Shown here: piece by piece, positions 27,508 through 31,880 of the stretch
Numbering within the stretch: position 1 is the stretch's first letter
Layout: each line of letters starts with the position of its first letter
Assembly (NCBI GenBank): GCA_049970495.1
Contig: JBMFMV010000016.1
Coordinates: 1 to 31,880 of the forward strand
DNA: 31,880 bases
Origin: a bacterium
Lineage (GTDB): Bacteria; DUMJ01
Reading direction: 5' to 3'
The notes under the pieces: generated by a model
Database searches by the model: none
The model's input: only the letters and a program-made list of their open reading frames with translations
What the model was told of the DNA's origin: nothing
Translations under genes and position numbers: made by a program

Positions 27508-28565
27508 ATAGACTCACCTCTTTTCAGTAACATTATGTAATCCTTAGCAACTCTTAAGTCTTCTAAAGCCTCTTCTACACCACATACGGGTCCTATTTCT
27601 CCCCTTATAGCCTTAATAAAGTTTAAAGCTTGACTATACATCGCATGGACCCAAGGTAATTGTGGAATAATAGTCTCAGGTAATTTCCCATTCCCAGGAT
27701 CTCTAAATATCTCTACTCTGCCCGCCCTATTACTTGCTAAGGGGGCAGGCAAGTTAAGCTTTATATATCCATGCTCAAATGATATTAAGGCAGACTCCTG
27801 CCAATCAATAGTAGTCGAATATAGAGCCATCTCAATTATCCCTGGGACCCCACTTCCCGATTCTACTGCCATTATAACACCAGAAGGATCGGCATATCTT
27901 ACCCTATAAGACTCACCTAGAAGATATCTCAGTAAGTTTACCTGATGTATATAGTAGTTAACAAATTCTACATATCTTCTATAAGTCTTCTCATCCATAT
28001 CTGGTGGTGGAGGGTCTTGCTCAAGTTTTGGATAAGGCTCCTCTGTCTTTATCAAGTCATTAAAACCACCAGCAATCCAATCCCCTGGAGGCATTGTAAT
28101 ACGGATGTATTTCAACTTCCCAATCTCACCAGACTTTTTAAACTCTTCCATCTTAGATTTTGCATAGATTGTGGCTGGATCACTTCTTTTATGATAACCA
28201 ACCATAATCCAAGTCCCTGATTCCTTTACTAGTTTCGCTATCCTTTCTCCAATTTCAACAGAACTTGCTAGTGGCTTTTCGATAAATATAGGAACCCTTG
28301 CCTCCAATAATTCCGGTATAGTAACTCCATGTGTAATAAAGGGTTGAACCGCTACAATTCCATCAAAGTCCTCATTATCTAACATCTCTTTATAATTTTT
28401 ATAAACCTTAGGGATACCATAACGCTGAGCAACTTTCTTACCCAAATTCTCTCGTAGCTCGGCAATAGCAACAACTTCACAGTCCGGAATAATAGCATAA
28501 TTTTTAAGGTGGGCACACTGCCCCATATTACCGACACCAACAAAGACAAGTTTTACTTTATCCAT
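27504..28565 (-). CDS. Gfo/Idh/MocA family NAD(P)-dependent oxidoreductase
   Basis: VGVGNMG Rossmann motif, IEKPLA, VGYHKR and YIHQVN. Confidence 0.88.
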   Translation of the reverse strand: MDKVKLVFVGVGNMGQCAHLKNYAIIPDCEVVAIAELRENLGKKVAQRYGIPKVYKNYKEMLDNEDFDGIVAVQPFITHGVTIPELLEARVPIFIEKPLASSVEIGERIAKLVKESGTWIMVGYHKRSDPATIYAKSKMEEFKKSGEIGKLKYIRITMPPGDWIAGGFNDLIKTEEPYPKLEQDPPPPDMDEKTYRRYVEFVNYYIHQVNLLRYLLGESYRVRYADPSGVIMAVESGSGVPGIIEMALYSTTIDWQESALISFEHGYIKLNLPAPLASNRAGRVEIFRDPGNGKLPETIIPQLPWVHAMYSQALNFIKAIRGEIGPVCGVEEALEDLRVAKDYIMLLKRGESI

Positions 28566-29373
28566 TTAGGGCCTCTAAAAGATTCTGTAGAGATTCAAAG
28601 GCTATTCTAGTTATATCATCAATAGGCTTTTCCCAATATTCACCTCTAAAGATCTCTACAGAAAGAAAACCTTCATAACTTTTCCTCTTAAGTATACCCA
28701 AAATTTCCTTTAAAGGAATCACTCCTAAGCCAAGGTATAGTCTATTTTTATCTGCTAATACCTCTCTAGGAAGGTCCTCACAGTCATTGATATGAACAAG
28801 AAGTAGTTTTTCTATAGGAATAGCTTCTATATCTTCAAGGGTAACTCCTGATTTATAATAATGGAAAGTATCTATTATAAGCCCTAAAGAATTATGATTT
28901 GCAGTTTCAATTATCTCTAACGCTTCCTTTGGTCCAGGAATAAATGGATGCATTCCTAAAGGCTCTATAGCTAATTTCACGCCATAATTACTAGTAATTT
29001 CTGCACATCTTTTAGCAAATTCTCCAGCCCTCTTAATAGCCTCTTTATATTCCATTCCTTTAGGAGGAGCATCAGGACAGGCAAGAAGCATACCACAGCC
29101 TATCTCTTTAGCAACTCTAGCTCCCCACTCTATGTTCTTTATAGAGGTTTCTGTATCTCCAAAAGTGTTTAAGAAGAAAGGGCATATAGACGCAGGTTTT
29201 ATATTATTCCTCTCTAGTAATTCTTTTAAATTATCTACCGAATGAGACTCAAGATACTTCTTTACCTTATCAACCCATAGTTCTATTCCTTCAAAACCCG
29301 CCTTACTAGCTGATACAACATCCTCTTCTAGAGAATAAGGCATTGTGGTAGCTTCATTTATACAAGTTCGCAT
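28558..29373 (-). CDS. Sugar phosphate isomerase/epimerase (AP_endonuc_2 TIM barrel), IolI-like
   Basis: CINEATT N-terminus like IolI; metal ligands in AIEP, DTFH, HIND and VEIF; RLYLGLGVIPL. Confidence 0.82.
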   Translation of the reverse strand: MRTCINEATTMPYSLEEDVVSASKAGFEGIELWVDKVKKYLESHSVDNLKELLERNNIKPASICPFFLNTFGDTETSIKNIEWGARVAKEIGCGMLLACPDAPPKGMEYKEAIKRAGEFAKRCAEITSNYGVKLAIEPLGMHPFIPGPKEALEIIETANHNSLGLIIDTFHYYKSGVTLEDIEAIPIEKLLLVHINDCEDLPREVLADKNRLYLGLGVIPLKEILGILKRKSYEGFLSVEIFRGEYWEKPIDDITRIAFESLQNLLEALNG

Positions 29374-29377
29374 AATT

Positions 29378-30997
29378 TTACTTCACCTCCAAGACTAAAA
29401 TCCAATCTTGATAGATAGGAACTCTTAAACCTGATCCTTCTACTAACTCAGGTAGTTGCCACTCTCTATTTTCATCAGGAACAACTAGACCAATATCAAA
29501 TTCCTTTCCATCTACTGGATTAAAGAGAAATGTCCTGTATGAAACACCTTCCTCTATATCCTTTATCTTAAAATTGTTGTAAAAGAAAGGTAGATATATG
29601 ATTCGTACTTCTCTAGGAATACCTGCACAATAAGGATAATAGTTGTTCTTTCTATTCTCCTCTAATATTTCTACCTCTATCCATTCTGGATGTGGCTCAA
29701 ACTTCCACCATTGATATCTTTCCAATAATCTTTCAGCGATTCCTAATTGTCTTGAACCAGGCAATTTATATGCTTCTTCCCATGGGGTATCTCCCCAACT
29801 CATACCATGAGGAGATGGTCCAAAAGGTTCATCCTTTCTATTTACCTGCCAGATTCCATTTGCTCCGTAGGTATAACCACAAGCACCATTCAAGATAGTT
29901 GCCCAGAACATAAGTCTTTGTATCTGTTCTTTACATTGACCACCAATACCTTCATAACAGACTTCCCCATTAACTACTGGCATTCTGGGTTCTCCATAGT
30001 ATGACTGCTGGACTCTAAAAACAGTATTTCTTATACTATTATCACTATGTCCTGTTTGAAGCATATCAAAATCTATAACCTCTAAAATGGGAGTAAAATC
30101 CCTTGTATACGTCCCGGGGTGTATGGTAATAGGACGATGGAATGGGTCTATCTCCCTTAGATATCTTCCCACCTCTATCCATCCTTCCCTCTGAAAGTCT
30201 CTATCTTTTTCTCTATCTTTTGATAGGTAATAAGGCATATCATACTCCCCTGCTAAACACCATACAACTGGAAATGCGGAATATCTTGCAACTAAGTATC
30301 TCCAGTGTTTCTTCATCCTTTCTATTCCAAGCCAAGGAAGATAGTATCCCCAACATCCCACAATACAAGGGACAAGACCTGATCTAACAAGCCAACTTAT
30401 TCTTAGATCTGCCATATCAAAATAATCTGGATTTATTGTAGAATAATCTTTTTCCCAAGGGAAACCAGCCTCATTTGCACCTCTCGGGTCAAAGGCGAAC
30501 ATATCAGGATAAAGACCTGCTACGATCTGAACAACAGAAAATCCTTTTTCTACTCTATCCTGAGTTAAAATCTGAAACTCTTCAGGCCAAGAGAGTCTCT
30601 TACATAGACCCATCCACCAGGTATCCCCTAACCAGAAAAATGGAGTCCCATCTATATGTTCTAAGTATCTATTATTTTTGCTTACCCTAATAGGACCATG
30701 CTTAAAAAGAGGATTATCTCCCTCGTAGGGAACAACCTCTAATTCTCCCTTCTGGTCATTCAGGCTGGAATTAGATGGATCAGACGAGATTGTACGAAAA
30801 GTATGTCTTCCTACCTTAGGACTTGAATAACGGACCCTCCATGTATTTTCTCCATCCCAAAAAGCAGGAACAATCTTTTCTTCTTTATCTGGATCGATAA
30901 ATATAACTGAGAGTTCTATATCATTAAACGGATCAGAATAAACTTTTTCAGACTCGTAAGACCACTCGATTGTGCAATTCTGCATTACATATCTCAT
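29378..30997 (-). CDS. DUF5060/DUF4038 putative glycoside hydrolase (GH140 apiosidase-like superfamily)
   Basis: FWDG..TWRVRY, DGTPFFWLGDTWW, YLVARY...PVVWCLAGE, QTGH, NGEVCYEG and YTYGANGIW; no signal peptide. Confidence 0.8.
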   Translation of the reverse strand: MRYVMQNCTIEWSYESEKVYSDPFNDIELSVIFIDPDKEEKIVPAFWDGENTWRVRYSSPKVGRHTFRTISSDPSNSSLNDQKGELEVVPYEGDNPLFKHGPIRVSKNNRYLEHIDGTPFFWLGDTWWMGLCKRLSWPEEFQILTQDRVEKGFSVVQIVAGLYPDMFAFDPRGANEAGFPWEKDYSTINPDYFDMADLRISWLVRSGLVPCIVGCWGYYLPWLGIERMKKHWRYLVARYSAFPVVWCLAGEYDMPYYLSKDREKDRDFQREGWIEVGRYLREIDPFHRPITIHPGTYTRDFTPILEVIDFDMLQTGHSDNSIRNTVFRVQQSYYGEPRMPVVNGEVCYEGIGGQCKEQIQRLMFWATILNGACGYTYGANGIWQVNRKDEPFGPSPHGMSWGDTPWEEAYKLPGSRQLGIAERLLERYQWWKFEPHPEWIEVEILEENRKNNYYPYCAGIPREVRIIYLPFFYNNFKIKDIEEGVSYRTFLFNPVDGKEFDIGLVVPDENREWQLPELVEGSGLRVPIYQDWILVLEVK

Positions 30998-31046
30998 AAA
31001 AACCTCCCTAATATTTGATAATTTCTATTCCTTTTTTAGCCACTCT

Positions 31047-31247
31047 CTAACCAAATTTAGAAATTGGAATATTCTTTTTTATACTAAGTAGCATCCATCC
31101 TTCTATTACCCCTTTAAGATTATTTCTACATTCTTCAAGTGTCCTTCCTGTAGCCCATACCCTTAGTTCTCCATAATATGGCTCTTCATCATCTATAAGC
31201 TCATAAGTAGCTCTTCTCAATGCCTCTTCAGTATATTCTATTAGCAC
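31047..31247 (-). CDS. HicB-family antitoxin, orphan and possibly degenerate
   Basis: MLIEY.EEALRRA.YE.IDDEEPYYGE..VWATG.TLEEC..NL..VIEGW HicB pattern; GTG start with GAGGTG SD; no hicA ORF adjacent. Confidence 0.75.
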   Translation of the reverse strand: MLIEYTEEALRRATYELIDDEEPYYGELRVWATGRTLEECRNNLKGVIEGWMLLSIKKNIPISKFG

Positions 31248-31283
31248 TATCTACTCACCTCTAATATTTCTTGCTCTGCCTTA

Positions 31284-31292
31284 ATTATAGCA
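31284..31292 (-). promoter_or_regulatory. Extended -10 promoter of the hicB-like gene
   Basis: TGcTATAAT 36 nt upstream of the GTG. Confidence 0.6.
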
Positions 31293-31303
31293 TAGTTAAC
31301 TTT

Positions 31304-31880
31304 TTAATAATAAATACCGAGCATCAGAAATGTATCTAGTCTTGGAATTTCAACTTCTAGATATCCTTCTCTACTCTCAAAATTTAAAGATACTTCTTCT
31401 GGCAAAATTACTACTCTAGAGAAAGTTTTATCTTCAGTTTTAATTCTAAGTTTTATGTCAGATACAGGGATATTTGGTAACTCTTGCTGAAAGTTTAGAA
31501 GGTTAACAATATATCTTCTATTCTCTTCTTGATAAAACATAGTAACTTCTACTGACTTGGGAGCATCTACTTCAAATGAAAATCCTTCTTTTATCAGAGA
31601 TTTAATAAGCCTAATAAATAACTGTCTGTGTGTTTCATGCTCTACCATTTCTAAAGGGCCTGCAATCCATACAACTTCTCCCTTTCCAAATCTTCTCCTT
31701 ATAATAGCAGGATAATCTGTATCAACACCAGGGGGATTTGAGTGTATAGATGCAAACTTTGTAGTATCTGAAGGATTAGTATATGGTAACTTGATATGAG
31801 CTATAACCTCTTCTCTATTAAGAGGCTTTACCTTTATCTGTGAGCTAAATAAAGTAAGAGGATATTTAGAAGAGACATCT
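31304..31880 (-). CDS. C-terminal part of a glycoside hydrolase with a GH42-like trimerisation domain (alpha-L-fucosidase/GH151-like); 5' end outside the window
   Basis: The frame stays open to the window edge: DVSSKYPLTL...LPYTNPSDTTKFASIHSNPPGVDTDYPAII...FGKGEVVWIAGPLE...APKSVEVTMF...VNLLNFQQELP. The family call is from memory of similar C-termini. Confidence 0.55.
   Translation of the reverse strand, partial: DVSSKYPLTLFSSQIKVKPLNREEVIAHIKLPYTNPSDTTKFASIHSNPPGVDTDYPAIIRRRFGKGEVVWIAGPLEMVEHETHRQLFIRLIKSLIKEGFSFEVDAPKSVEVTMFYQEENRRYIVNLLNFQQELPNIPVSDIKLRIKTEDKTFSRVVILPEEVSLNFESREGYLEVEIPRLDTFLMLGIYY

Noticed and set aside
102..30690. Many short antisense ORFs (e.g. 2694-3071, 3926-4192, 14665-14880, 16727-16966, 25621-25950, 27945-28220)
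   Set aside because: They lie opposite well-supported genes, show no recognisable motifs, and look like shadow ORFs.
31304..31648. 114-aa stand-alone ORF
   Set aside because: The frame is open to the window edge, so this is the C-terminus of a larger gene.
1..31880. CRISPR arrays, IS elements, tandem repeats, recoding signals
   Set aside because: None seen by eye. Intergenic spaces are short and accounted for, and major ORFs have no in-frame stops or frameshifts.

Overview
AT-rich, densely coding chromosomal window of a probably anaerobic, thermophile-like diderm bacterium (Omp85-type protein, T-box regulation and hydrogenase genes; Dictyoglomi-like by impression only). No mobile element, CRISPR array or prophage is evident. 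Contents in order: (-) T-box-controlled ilvD-ilvB-ilvN; (-) a tightly packed run of PIG-L deacetylase, NagB-like isomerase, DUF362 Fe-S protein, nadA, a peptidase/beta-propeller/Omp85-like protein and xylB; (+) MATE; (-) MgtC-ACT; (+) fasciclin, csp and an orphan NuoE/NuoF-like pair; (-) dnaG-rpoD-mtlD-hypD-hypE; (-) tRNA-Cys, tRNA-Val, thyX, DUF3006, ComEC-like MBL and gcvT; (-) a sugar catabolic cluster interrupted by an orphan hicB. The most interesting signals are: (1) a transcriptional Leu(CUC) T-box whose Stem I is only ~47 nt and lacks the distal tRNA-elbow-binding module; (2) apparently leaderless dnaG and thyX mRNAs from TGnTATAAT promoters; (3) a NuoF/HydB homolog that has lost all N-terminal Fe-S cysteines and has no catalytic partner in the locus; (4) a zinc-peptidase-WD40-Omp85 fusion with a variant loop-6 motif; (5) a NagB-like enzyme with altered phosphate-binding residues paired with a deacetylase. 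All calls come from motif recognition by eye; no database searches were run.
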